Origin: Scyliorhinus canicula
Lineage: Eukaryota
DNA length: 64,000 nucleotides
Assembly (NCBI RefSeq): GCF_902713615.1
Contig: NC_052158.1
Coordinates: 64,819,791-64,883,790, forward strand
Direction of reading: 5' to 3'
The translations under genes and the position numbers were made by a program. The notes under the pieces are model-generated. The model made no database searches and had not been told where the DNA came from. It was given only the letters and a program-made list of their open reading frames with translations. Of this stretch, positions 37,069-48,724 are shown piece by piece. The stretch's first letter is position 1; every line of letters begins with the position of its first letter.

Positions 37069-37630
37069 GGGCGGCACAGTACCAGTGGTTAGCACTGTTG
37101 CTTCACAGCACCAAGGTCCCAGGTTTGATTCTGGCTTGGGTCACTGTCTTTATGCCGAGTCTGCACGTTCTCCCCGTGTGCGTGGGTTTCCTCCGCATGC
37201 TCCGGTTTCCTCCCACAAGTCCAGAAACATGTGCCGTTAGGTAATTTGGACATTCTGAATTCTTCCTGTGTACCTGAACAGGTGCCGGAATGTGGCGACT
37301 AGGGGCTTTTCACAGTAACACTTGAAGCTATTGAGGAAAGGGATACAGGGAGGGGGTGGCATGGTAGCAGTGGTTAGCACTGTTGCTTCATTGCACCAGC
37401 ATCCGAGGTTCGATTCCCACTTGCGTCACTGTATGCACGTTCTCCCAGTGTCTGCATGGGTTTCCTCCGGGTGCTCCGGTTTCCTCCCACAAGCTCCAAA
37501 ACACGTGCTGGGACATTCTGAATTCTTCCTCTGTGTACCCGAACAGTTGCCGGATGTGGTGACTAGGGGCTTTTCACAGTAACTTCATTGCAGTGTTGAT
37601 GTAAGCCTACTTGTGACAATAAAGATTATA
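37069..37630 (+). mobile_element. Two tandem V-SINEs with gtgacaataaa-type tail (37069-37320, 37352-37630)
   Basis: A/B boxes, V-domain, cccgaacagg..gactaggggcttttcacagtaac tail. Confidence 0.85.
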
Positions 37631-38077
37631 AAAGTGGCAATGACCTCGAACTCACTGCTCAAGAGGATGATGGAAGTAGAGGATATTAATTATTTCAAAA
37701 ACAAGTGTAGGCGCTCAGGGCAGGAGCGGATATCCGTGCAAAAGAGTCAGCAATTGAGTGAATAGCAGCCTTCCGTGCTGTAATGACTGAGAAGTTGGAG
37801 ACTATGATTTCAGATTTTGTTCAATAAAAGCTTAAATCAGTAACGATGATCTTGAAGCTTTCAAATACGTTTTTTATTAAAAAGTGAAAATGTTATTCTT
37901 ATCTGGTCTGGCTTCCAAGTGACTCCCTACTGCCCCGGAAATTACTTGGCCAGGTTATGTTAATCTGCTACCAGCTGTTCAAAACAAAATGCCCACTGGC
38001 ATCTTTAGTATCAAATACCAGCCTTGGCAGTGACCCCAATTTGAAAAGGTTTTCAATAATAAAAAGAAAGAGTTTAT

Positions 38078-38262
38078 GGGCAGCACAGTGGTTAGCACTG
38101 GGACTACAGCACTGAGGACTTGGGTTTGAATCCCGGCCCTGGGTCACTGTCCCCGTGTCTGTGTGGGTTTTATCTCCACAGCCCAGATGTGCAGGGTAGG
38201 TGGATTAGCCATGCTAAATTGCCCCAATTGGGAAAATAAAAATTGGGTATTCAAGAAAAATG
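38078..38262 (+). mobile_element. V-SINE, A-tailed form
   Basis: Same family as 6627-6859. Confidence 0.75.
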
Positions 38263-38389
38263 AGCAGTGCAGACTGGCATTCATAAACCATGACACAAAC
38301 ACACTCCAAAACTTAACCCAGGGAAAACAGTGCAAGTCCCAAATCAGTGCCTCTAATGGAAACAAAACTCATTAGAAGCCGTCAGCAGA

Positions 38390-38620
38390 GGGCAGCACGG
38401 TGGCAGAGTGGTTAGCACTGCTGCCTCATTGCACAGAGGACCCAGGTTTGATCCGGGTCACTGTCCGTGTGGGGTTTGCACATTCTCTCTCTCTTTCCTC
38501 CCCCCCCCCCCCATGTCTGGGAGGGTCTGACCCCCACAACCCAAAGATGTGCAGGGTAGGTGGACTGGTGACGCTAAATTACCCCTTAATTGGATAAATA
38601 AGAAATAATTCAGTACTCTC
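38390..38620 (+). mobile_element. V-SINE, A-tailed form
   Basis: Same family as 6627-6859. Confidence 0.75.
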
Positions 38621-38964
38621 AGCATTCACTCAGTGGGTATAAAAAAAGGTGTCAGTAAAATGTAAGCATTCATTCTTGGATGTGGGTGTCTCTGTCTAGA
38701 CCAGCATGTTATCACCCATCCCCAATTGCCTTCGAGAAGGTGGGGGAGGGGTGTGAGCTGCCATCATCATCGGTACACCTACAGTTGTTCCTGAAGAGGA
38801 GTTTTATTATAAAAATACTAGCAAGAGTTCTGCTTAATTTAAAAAGCCAACATTTAAACATTCCCTAGCTAGACCATGTCAGCATCAATTAATTCAAGTC
38901 AAGCAAGATTCACCATCCCTTAGACAAACAAAAGTGAAAATCACAGGTTTTGCTATAAAGTCAT

Positions 38965-38970
38965 TTTATT
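38965..38970 (-). terminator. Candidate NEU4 polyadenylation signal
   Basis: TTTATT on plus = AATAAA on minus, about 120 nt past the stop. Confidence 0.5.
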
Positions 38971-39090
38971 TTGCTTTGAGCGACTAAGATCATTCCTTCA
39001 GAATTTGCTCAATTTAATTATTACATAAACCAATTTTAATCATCTACCATTTTCACAAAATAGAAGCTAACCGATCCTCGTGCCCCTAAC

Positions 39091-40215
39091 TCACGTAATG
39101 GGACAGCAGACAGAACTGGCCGTGGTGCTCTGCTCCACCCGAGACTGGGGGGGTAAATGCGGAATATTGTGGAGTAACTCACGCATCGTAAACAGGCTAA
39201 ATGCTATTTTCTCATAAGGCGATTTGGATCCACATTCGTAAAGACAAGCGAACGCCACCGCTGGGAGCTGAGCCTCACTGAATTTGGTGGAGGCCAACTC
39301 AATGAATGCCAGGTCAGAGTAAGCACTGGGTCCTTCGTGGATAATCCAGGGCTCCGTCCAACTGCCGGGGTCCTGCGGGTATGTACTCAAATAAACTCCC
39401 AGGTGGAGCCGTGATGCTGGGCTTGTTGGGTGAGAGTAGAGAACCCAAGTTGGCGTCTGGAAGCGGAGAGTCAAGCATTTTTGCTGGGGTTGTGTTGGCT
39501 GATGGTTTTCAGAGTCAAAGCCAGGCCTGACTGATAGCTCCTCACACCACGGGACAATGGGGGCTGGGAAACCAATGACACTCCCATGGCATCCGCGGGG
39601 TGGTTCCACCAGCTTTGGGACAAACTGCCCTTCCTGGAAGACAGCACCACCATCTGCACTGAGTGCCTGAGCCCTGAAGTTCATTGGTGTCCTGGCATTA
39701 CAGTAAAGGACACTGTGGCCATCTTCCTCATCCACGGAAACCACCTGGCACTCCACCGTCTGCAGATTGTCTACAAAGTCCCCAAACTTCCAGACCTTGC
39801 CATGGTCATCACTGTAAAACGTGAAGGAGTGAGGGCTGCACCTACAGATTGTTCCAAAACACTCTTTAGAGTCAATATGATAGGCGTACGCTGGGATAAC
39901 AAGTCTCCCAGACTTGAGCTGGATCCCATGTCCTGGGCCCAAGGCGAAGGTTGCCCATTCTTCAATGGAGCAGCCAATGGTGCTGCCAGTCAGATCAGTG
40001 ACGGCACTCCAGCTCCGGCCCTGGTCAGTGCTTCTCACACAGCACAGGCGAGCCACGTTGTCGCCCGTGATGAGTTGATACGACTCTGTGGTGCGCCCCA
40101 GGATGGCAACGAAGAGAAGGAAGAGTGTGTTGGTAGAAGTGTCATACACAGGGCATGGGTTCATGGACCGGTGACCCTCTAGATGGGCAGAGTGGAGAGT
40201 TTCCATATCCTCCCA
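39091..40215 (-). CDS. NEU4: Sialidase-4 (neuraminidase 4), large terminal coding exon (374 aa + stop)
   Basis: tcttcctctgtttcag|TGG GAG...TGA. Asp boxes STDQGRSW, SDDHGKVW, SADGGAVF; RSMNPCP, GPGHGIQL, CNAR, AYSDL, YECG. The ECFG.IC..SPHSF..YSDDHG insert is NEU4-like. Confidence 0.93.
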   Translation of the reverse strand, partial: WEDMETLHSAHLEGHRSMNPCPVYDTSTNTLFLLFVAILGRTTESYQLITGDNVARLCCVRSTDQGRSWSAVTDLTGSTIGCSIEEWATFALGPGHGIQLKSGRLVIPAYAYHIDSKECFGTICRCSPHSFTFYSDDHGKVWKFGDFVDNLQTVECQVVSVDEEDGHSVLYCNARTPMNFRAQALSADGGAVFQEGQFVPKLVEPPRGCHGSVIGFPAPIVPWCEELSVRPGFDSENHQPTQPQQKCLTLRFQTPTWVLYSHPTSPASRLHLGVYLSTYPQDPGSWTEPWIIHEGPSAYSDLAFIELASTKFSEAQLPAVAFACLYECGSKSPYEKIAFSLFTMRELLHNIPHLPPQSRVEQSTTASSVCCPIT

Positions 40216-41189
40216 CTGAAACAGAGGAAGAAAAGACAATTAAAGTGAGAAATGGGTTCAAGCTGGCGATCAACAGCACGATTTTCAGATCTCTGTAACC
40301 AGCTAGAATGTCACAGGCTTACCCAGTGTAACTGGTGGGAGAACAGCAGCCCCAGAGAAATGCCAAAAGTATCTATTTTTCTGGAGGTTTATCAATTTTC
40401 CACCAATTACAGTAGATGATCGAGACCACAGCTTCCAATTATTTCACTCCCACTTTTATTAACTAAAACTCTGGAGGTGACGTGAACAAAGCTAATTATG
40501 TTAAAACTCATACTTTATATCGGTCATCCATCAAAATTCTACATGCCTTCAAAAAGCCAAACTGGGTTTTGATTTTACCTCAACACTGTGACCTTGCCCT
40601 CTGTTCGTTCATTGCGACAATTGCAAAGATCCTCACATGAAGTGCTGAGCTGTCATCCCTGAACATCTAACCCAGTGTTGTCCCACCACCCCCTCACATC
40701 AGTCAAACCCACTTTTCACACCCCCGTCACCCAACAAGTCATTGACCCAAAAGGAAGCCGCCTACCTTCAATTGGACAAAAAGTTAAATGGTGGTCAAGT
40801 CTCAAATTAATTTTGTAATAACTCATTTTAATCATATTTCCCTGCAGTGAACTTGCTCATTAGAAAGTCCAACTCTTACAGAAATCCGTCCGGAGGCTCC
40901 CCACACAGGTTGTCTAGGCCTCCAGTATTAACCAGTTAGGTTTGCCATTCCATAACTTAGCATACCAAAAGGAACTCTGTTGGAAGTTAAAGGTTTATAA
41001 TTGTCACCTCACTAGTCCAAGTGCTCCCTCCCACAATCACTCACCAAAATGTATAACGTGGGAACAAGTACAGGCAAGTTGCAGGGTATACCCCTGATGG
41101 ACACACACCCATCTCTAATCCTAAACAACCCATTTATATCTGTGTGTTGCAAATCATTTGATGTGCAGAAGTTGCATGCAAATATTCAT

Positions 41190-42132
41190 GGTCGCAGTGG
41201 CTAGCACTGTTGCTTCACAGCACCAGGGGCCTGGGTTCAATTCCCGGCTTGGGAGTCTACATGTCCTCCCCGTGTCTGCATGGGTTTCCTCCTACCCGTC
41301 CTGGGGCTGGGTTAGCACAGTGGGCTAAACAGCTGGCTTGTAATGCAGAACAAGACCAGCAGCGCGGGTTCAATTCCCCTACCGGCTTCCCCGAACAGGC
41401 GCCGGAATGTGGCGACTAGGTGCTTTTCACAGTAACTTCATTGAAGCCTACTTGTGAGAATAAGCAATTATTAGGGGCTGGTTTAGCACAGGGCTTAATA
41501 ACTGGCTTTTAAAGCAGACCGAGGCAGGCCAGCAGCACGGGCTCAATTCCCGTACCAGCCTCTCTGAACAGGCGCTGGACTGTGGCGACTAGGGGCTTTT
41601 CATTTGAAGCCTACTTGTGACAATAAACAAATTTCATTTCATTTTCAAGACGTGCTGTTAGTTGAATTGGACATTCTGAATTGTCCCTCAGTGTACCTGA
41701 CCAGGTGCTGCCAGAGTGTGGCGGCTAGGGGACTTCAGTAAGGTAGCATTGTGGATAGCACAATCGCTTCACAGCTCCAGGGTCCAAGGTTCGATTCCGG
41801 CTTGGGTCACTGTCTGTGCGGAGTCTGCACATCCTCCCCGTGTGTGCGCGTGGGTTTCCTCCGGGTGCTCCGGTTTCCTCCCACAGTCCAAGATGTGCAG
41901 GTTAGGTGGATTGGCCATGATAAATTGCCCTTAGTGTCCAAAATTACCCTTAGTGTTGGGTGGGGTTACTGGGTTATGGGGATTCGGTGGAGGTGTTGAC
42001 CTTGGGTAGGGTGCTCTTTCAAGAGCCGGTGCAGACTCGATGGGCTGAATGGCCTCCTTCTGCACTGTAAATTCTATGTAAATTGCAGTGTTAATGTAAG
42101 CCTACTTTTGACAATAATAAAGATTATTATTA
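41190..42132 (+). mobile_element. Nested SINE cluster: one V-SINE split by three younger SINEs (about 41303-41470, 41474-41645, 41733-42080)
   Basis: Host pieces at 41190-41290, 41646-41730 and 42081-42132 reassemble into the 37352-type SINE; inserts are complete copies of other families. Confidence 0.8.
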
Positions 42133-42729
42133 CATTCAAAATATTTTTTGGTCCTCATCTTACCTGGCCCCAGTAATTTTGATCTTGTTACCGTGAATAT
42201 TACAAATAGCTTCAACATCCAAGGCTCAGGTGAGGGAGCAAGGCAAAACAATGCAGGATTGTTGTGAAATTTACAGCAGGGTGTGGAGTTAATGTACAGT
42301 ATGAAGGGATAAATTGAATGACTTGTAGGCACAAATACACCTTGGGTTGTATGATAAGGCAGCCGTGATTGCAACATATCTATCTGGGTTACATAGCCCA
42401 AATTGGTAGAGGATGGAATGGTGATGAAGGATTAAATCACTTTAAAAGATGAGGATATAACGTGAGGTAAACAAACAGTAGAAATGGAGACAATTGGTGA
42501 AATTCTCCACCCCAATCAGGTGGATAATTGGGCATCCAAAAGAGAGGTCTGTGCCCAGCACAGATTCGGGTGCAATGTTCCAGTCCCTCGCAGGTGGCGA
42601 TAATAAGGTTTGCACCCCACACCGATATTTGCATGCATTTAAATATGATTAGTGGGTTGGACACAATATGTTCCACCCTCCGGTGATGCTCTTCCTCTCA
42701 GGCAGAATTACTACAAATATTGACAAACG

Positions 42730-43090
42730 TGGACTTTTGTTGTTGTTTTTTTTTAAAAATTCGTTCATGGGACTCGGGCAGCCACCCCCAATTGCCCACA
42801 AGGGGGCAGTCAAGAGTCAACCACATTGCTGTGGGTCTGAAGTCATATGTAGGCTAGACCAGGTAAGGACAGCAGATCTCCTTCCCTAAAAAGGACATTA
42901 GTGAACCAGATGGGCTTTTACGACAAATCGACAATGGTTTATGGTTTCATGGCCATCATTAGACTTTTAATCCCAGGTTTTTGTGGAATTGAAATTTCAC
43001 CATCTGCAGTGGCAGGATTTGAACCCGAGTCCCCAGAGCATGACTGGGTCTCTGGTTTACTAATGTAGTGACAATACCACTACGCCACTG
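42730..43090 (-). mobile_element. Old shark SINE-like repeat (same superfamily as 3855-4185)
   Basis: gcaggatttgaacccgagtccccagagcat...gacaataccactacgcca is the reverse of a tRNA/5S-like head. Confidence 0.55.
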
Positions 43091-44125
43091 ACCTCGGCGC
43101 CATGGCTGAGGAAGGGGGAGCTGGATGCAAAACAAAAGCACTGAAAATGATTGAAAACTATTGTACGGGCTGGGGCAGTAGTGAGTAGTGACTTGGTGCC
43201 AAATCCGTGGACTTAGGGTGTCCCCTAGAGATCAGGGTGGTCTGGCTCAGACCATCATTGTTGCAGACTGTCTTTTTAACCCACCCCTTACATAGAAGCT
43301 CCTGGCTGCTCACACTGCTGAGTGGCACCTGTGTTCTTTATACGCTCAGAAGACCTCCTGGTCTTCTGGGAGCTGACCCAGGCCATCTCTCTGGACTCCT
43401 TCATACCCCAGCTGTATCATCAAGGGCCAAGCTCAAGCAGGAGACCACCAGGTGTTGGAGCTCCAAGCGCTGTCCCATTGCAGAGGAAGCAGAGGATCAG
43501 CAGAGCTCACCCCAGCAGAGGACACCAGCCCTGCAGAACCCTCCCTCATTCTCTGGTTCTCTGCCCCTCTGATGACAGACGGCTCACCAATGACCCCCAT
43601 CCCTCCAGATCACCAGCTGTCTCCTCCTGGTGAGACTGGCAGTACCAACTGCCTCTGCCACCACCTCAGGCAGTATTCAGGAGAGCAGGCTGGAGTACGC
43701 AGGCCACCCTGGGGTAGAAAGAGGGTGTCCCACCACTCCTGGCATAGAGCTGTGGATCCACCTTGGACTCCTGGCCTCAGGGGGCAGGTCTTCTCCGCGC
43801 CATTTGGTGGTTGCAGTGTGTATGGCAAGTGGAGCGCTTACAGCTCCAGCTGCCAAGCGCCTTGGCACTAATTCTGGCCCCAGTGGTGAGAACTCCCGCT
43901 GGGCCAGGAATTGCTTGGAATTCACACAGTAGTGCGTTGGCCCATTAGCATGTCCACAATTGCTCCTCGAATAGCACCCTCATGGGAACACAAACTGCAT
44001 GAAATTCAATCAATGATTGGTCTCCCAAATAGAGAATGTTGCCCAATCGTCAAAGTGTTTGTGTTACAGACCAGCTAATCATAGTTTGTGAAGTAGGGGA
44101 TTACATAAATGCAAGGATTAGACTG

Positions 44126-44455
44126 GGGCAGCACGGTAGCATTGTGGATAGCACAATCGCTTCGCAGCTCCAGGGTCCCAGGTTCGATTCCGGCTTGGGT
44201 CACTGTCTGTGCGGAGTCTGCACATCCTCCCAGTGTGTGCGTGGGTTTCCTCCCACAGTCACAAAGATGTGCAGGTTAGGTGGATTGGCCATGATAAATT
44301 GCCCTTAATGTCCAAAATTGGCCTTAGTGTTTGGTGGGGTTACTGGGTTATGGGGATAGGGTAGAGGTGTTGACCTTGGGCAGGGTGCTCTTTCCAAGAG
44401 CCCGTGCAGACTCGATGGGCCGAATGGCCTCCTTCTGCACTGTAAGTTCTATGAT
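44126..44455 (+). mobile_element. HE1-like V-SINE with CR1-type tail
   Basis: Full head, V-domain and tail. Confidence 0.88.
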
Positions 44456-44568
44456 CTAGACAAGCACGTACATTTGGGGGGATTTTTGGAACAAGGAGGA
44501 ACGAGCATGCCAGAATTTGTCCAAGAACCAATACATTGGTCTGGCGTTAACAGGCTAATCTGTGAGAA

Positions 44569-44813
44569 CATAGAGTGCAGAAGGAGGCCATTTGGCCCAT
44601 CACGTCTGCACCAACCCTCAAGCCCCCACTTCCACCCTATCCCCATAAACCCAACAACCCCTCCTAACATCTTTGGGCTGTGGGAGGAAACCGGAGCACC
44701 CGGAGGAAACCCACACAGACACAGGGAAAACGTGCAGACTCTGCACAGACAGTGACCCAGCGGGGAATCGAACCTGGGACCCTGGCGCTGTGAAGCCACA
44801 GTGCTAACCACTG
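44569..44813 (-). mobile_element. HE1-like V-SINE with CR1-type tail
   Basis: Reverse orientation, 113 nt from the previous copy. Confidence 0.85.
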
Positions 44814-45159
44814 AAATAAAAGCAGTCACAATAATAAGGATTTCAACAAATATTTTAAAGGGAGAAATGCAAAGTAACTGATATTCTAGCTTTACAGTGC
44901 AATGAGACAGAGACCCCACAACAAACTGGGCAAATGTATTAATGGGTAAAATGAGAGAAGCTACTCGATAAATATTTGATTGGATACAGAACCAGATAAT
45001 ATCCTTTTATGGGGCAAAAACAACAAATGGATGACTAAACCAGCAGGAATCTCAAAAGTAAAAAGAAATAGTGCAGATCCAGACAAATGTAAAAGATACA
45101 AAAAAGCAGCAAAGGGCAGTAAAACTGATAGGAATAGCTACAAGTAGAAAATCTTTGCA

Positions 45160-45830
45160 ACCTGAAATATGGAAGACTAGTGGCATCTGCGATGGGACCT
45201 CAACTATTCGACATGTTTATGAATGACTTGATGGGATAGAAAACCACATTTTAAAAATTTCCAATTACAATGATAAGCAGCATTCCTGAACAATTTCATG
45301 AACAAATGCAACATCAAAAGTTAGAAATGGTGGATGTCTAAAGAGATTTAAGGTCCCGGGACATAGATCATTAAAGTGTCATAAACTGGTTTGGAAAATA
45401 ATAAATCAAATAGGCAAATGGAATGTTATAGCTTATAGGAACAGAGGGTACAAGTTGTGCTTCAGCTGTACCAAAGTCTTGGTTAGATCACATCTGGTGT
45501 CACCGTGAACAGGATTTACTGACCTGGGGAGGGCAGTACAGCATAGATTTTCCAGAATTATACCTGGACTGCAATGGGTAAATTACAAGGTTGGCTGGAG
45601 GCAGGGGTCTATGATTGGGGGCATTGTCTAACAATTCATCATTTCTGTAAAGAAATAAAGAACCATAAAAAGGATTGTAGAAATTTAGAATTCTCTTCAC
45701 CAGCACCTGGTACTACATCATGTCAATTTTATATCTGGAGATTGATGGGTTATTATGAAGGATAAAGCGATACGGGGTGGTGGCTAATGGTTAACAGACT
45801 GGAGGGGAAAGTGGCCTATTCCTGTTCGCT
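45160..45830 (+). mobile_element. Highly decayed CR1 RT/3' fragment
   Basis: Degenerate GPQLF..FMNDL and YQSLG*ITSG (LVRPHLE-like) remnants. Confidence 0.45.
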
Positions 45831-45977
45831 GGATGGGAAGTGGTAGGTGCACAAGGTCAGAGCTGGAAGTTAAGTGCAAAGGTCATGGTCAGTTTTTGAC
45901 ATGCAGTGGGGGGGGGGGGGGGGGGGGGGGGGGCAATAAAAAAAACTCTTCAGCAGGTCACTGGTTAAATTATCCCA

Positions 45978-46220
45978 GGTGGGTGCAAAGTTGGCACCAC
46001 CACCTCAGTGCCAGGTACAGTCTGCATAGGTGGAGTTTGCACTTTCTCCCAGTGTCTGCATGGGATTGTTTCAGGTGCTCTGGTGTCCTCCCAGTCTGAA
46101 GATGTGCAGGTTAGGTGGATTGGCCACAATAATGGGGGGTGGACGCTAGGTATGGCACTCTTTCAGAGGATTAGTGCACATTCTGGCAGGGTCAAATGGC
46201 CTCCTTCTGCACTGTAGGTT
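45978..46220 (+). mobile_element. Degenerate V-SINE
   Basis: V-domain and CR1-type tail. Confidence 0.65.
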
Positions 46221-46342
46221 TTCTGTCAGGTTAATCCCAGTCTGTGGAGTGGGGTTAGGGATTTACATTGAGGCTTCAGCATCTCTGGAGGCTTGAATTC
46301 TGATCCAGAACAGGATTGTGATCAAAGAGCCTGCCCACTTCC

Positions 46343-46377
<35 letters not shown>

Positions 46378-46460
46378 GGTGTAGAAGGGTTGCGCTCTGG
46401 GGGTGAATGAGACAGAGGGAAAGAGAGAGAAGACGACAACTAGTTCACTGAGGCTCTCAC

Positions 46461-46661
46461 CTCCACATGGGTCCTGGAGACCTTCCCTCGGCGAAGCACC
46501 AGCACATTCGCGTCAGTATCAGCCGGGCTCACTCTCTCTTCAGCAAAGGCGAGGATGGTCCCCGAGGCGGGCAAGTAGAGTAAAGCTGGGATCCGGTAAG
46601 TAAGGCCCTTCTTGTCCTGTTCAAACAGTATGGTCTTAGCAGGGAGATAGCGGGAGGTCAT
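46461..46661 (-). CDS. NEU4: Sialidase-4 first coding exon (67 aa); the exon probably begins at acceptor 46729
   Basis: MTSRYLPAKTILFEQDKKGLTYRIPALL...AFAEER...LVLRRG...HVE|gtgaga, with the YRIP motif. Phase 0 fits the terminal exon. Upstream in-frame TGA; acceptor ccttctcacag at 46730-46740. Confidence 0.93.
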
Positions 46662-47147
46662 CTCACCGACTCAGCACCTTTGGCGGGCTTTTAAAATAAA
46701 TAAATAAAACTCCAGCCAGGGTCGGACAACTGTGAGAAGGTTCACCTTGTACCAAGTGTGAAAGCTGTGAGGACAGCACTGACACTCTGCTGAGCAATGA
46801 GCTGGAATATTCTACCTGGCAGCAATAAAGTGCTCACTCACTGGGTTTGACTGAACCAGCAGTGTGCCTGCACCCAGTAGAACAACCCCCTCATTGTCAG
46901 CCCAAATTCGCTGAGTGCTTTTATTTCAATTAAGAAGCCAATTGTCCGGCCACATTCACCAATCCTTTCACTCATTGGCCAACTGCAAATTGAGGAAGGT
47001 GGAGTCAGATGGAAAAGGGGGAGCTGAACAGTTCACACACCCATATATTCCAGGGAATATTCCAGAAAAAGGTGCCTCAGGAACAGTTCCTGAGAGGAAA
47101 CGGTAAATACATTTACCAGACCCCATTTCACCCCTGCTCTTTGGTTT

Positions 47148-47298
47148 ATAGAATTCTACAGTGCAGAAGGAGGCCATTCTGCCCATCGAGTCTGCCCAGA
47201 ACCTCTGAAAAAGCACCATACCCAGGCCCACTCTATCCCCGTAACCCCACCTCACCTGCACATCCCTGGCCACTAAGGGGCAATTTAGCACCGCCAAT
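47148..47298 (-). mobile_element. 5'-truncated HE1-like SINE adjoining the inverted NEU4 duplication
   Basis: CR1-type tail and V-domain end, truncated at ...ccgccaat. Confidence 0.8.
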
Positions 47299-47312
47299 GC
47301 GCAAATGTTCTT

Positions 47313-47419
47313 CAGTTGTCCGACCCTGGCTGAAGTTTTATTTATTTATTTTAAAAGCCCGCCAAAGGTGCTGAGTCGGTGAGATGACCTCCCGCTATCT
47401 CCCTGCTAAGACCATACTG
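47313..47419 (+). repeat. Inverted duplicate of NEU4 acceptor/5'UTR/first 12 codons (partner 46626-46732)
   Basis: 107 bp, 106 identical to the reverse complement of 46626-46732. Confidence 0.95.
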
Positions 47420-48724
47420 GTTGATCGACTAATAGAGCATCAATTTCTTACATTTATAAAGTATTTTTGATATAGCCAAATTTTCTAAGGTGCTTCACAG
47501 CAGCAGTTATTGAACAAACCGATACCAAGTCACATAGGGAAGTATTTGAAGTATTTTTCAAATGAATTTACAGGATGTAGGTGTTGCTGACTGGGCCCAT
47601 CCTTAATTGCCCTTGAGAGAGGTGGTGGTGAACCGTCTTCTTGAACCACTGTAGTCACATGGTGTAGTGATGTGGTCACAACTAATCCAGAGACCCAGCT
47701 GAACACTTGCCCATCAATGATGCAGCAATGACGATGTGGACAAGAGGTGAGAATTGGTGTCACTGTGACGTTGTCCTGCAACTTGTAGAATAAAAGTTTT
47801 TTTTTTAAAGAGGTGAGAATTGAAAAGGTGCAGATATTGCAGAGGTCTGGTGCGAGGAGGTTACAGGGATAGGGAGGAGTTTAGAAACAAGGATGGGAGT
47901 TTTAAATTTGAGGTGTCAGCAAGCACAACAGTGAGTGTGAATGGGACTTGGTGGGAGCTAGGGTATGAGCAGCAGAGATTTGGACGAGATTAAGTTTACA
48001 GATGATGCAAGGTCAGCCAGGAGATATTCGAATAGTTTTGAAATAACACGGATATAGTTGAGAGTTTCAGTAGCAGTTGAGCTGATATAGGGACAGAAAC
48101 AAGCAGTGGAGGTAGGCAGTATTGGCGATGGAATGGCTATTGGGGCCGCGGGTGGCAAGAATAGAATAATTGATATGTTACCAACTAGGCTATGAACCGA
48201 GTGCTAGAAAATGGAATTTGAATAGATGGGTGTGTGATGACCAGAACAGACATGATGGGCCGAAGGACCTCTTTTTGTGCTGTAAAACTCTATGACTCAG
48301 GTTGGCTACCTATATCTAATGCTATGCTATTGTGTTTGCCAGCGAGAATTTGTGATCACCAAAGGTATTCACATTTTAAACCCTCTAATCCACATATAGC
48401 CGTGAGATGATTATTTCAAGCTGGACGAGTTAAACACAAGTCAAACCATTAAATGGACACACAAAGAATTATAGAATTCTGGAACATTCTGACAGACCAA
48501 AAGACAAAAGGGCACGGGAGTTGGAATAGTTGGTTAGTCCTTTAGCAGAGACAGCACAGACACGATTTGTTGAATGGTCTCTCTGCTATGCAGTAAGATT
48601 CTATGACCCTGAGTCCCAGAGATGGAAATACAGAGCAACGAGCCACTGCAATATACAGACCCTGTAAGTAAGTACCAACAAGGGGCAGCTTGACTTTGAC
48701 TTAGCACTTGCCTCGGAGTCAGAA

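Noticed and set aside
39586-40182. 198-aa plus-strand ORF
   Set aside because: Antisense shadow of the NEU4 coding exon
43150-44040. GC-rich stretch with several 70-140 aa ORFs in the NEU4 intron
   Set aside because: No recognisable domain or consistent splice signals; probably a degraded, unclassified repeat
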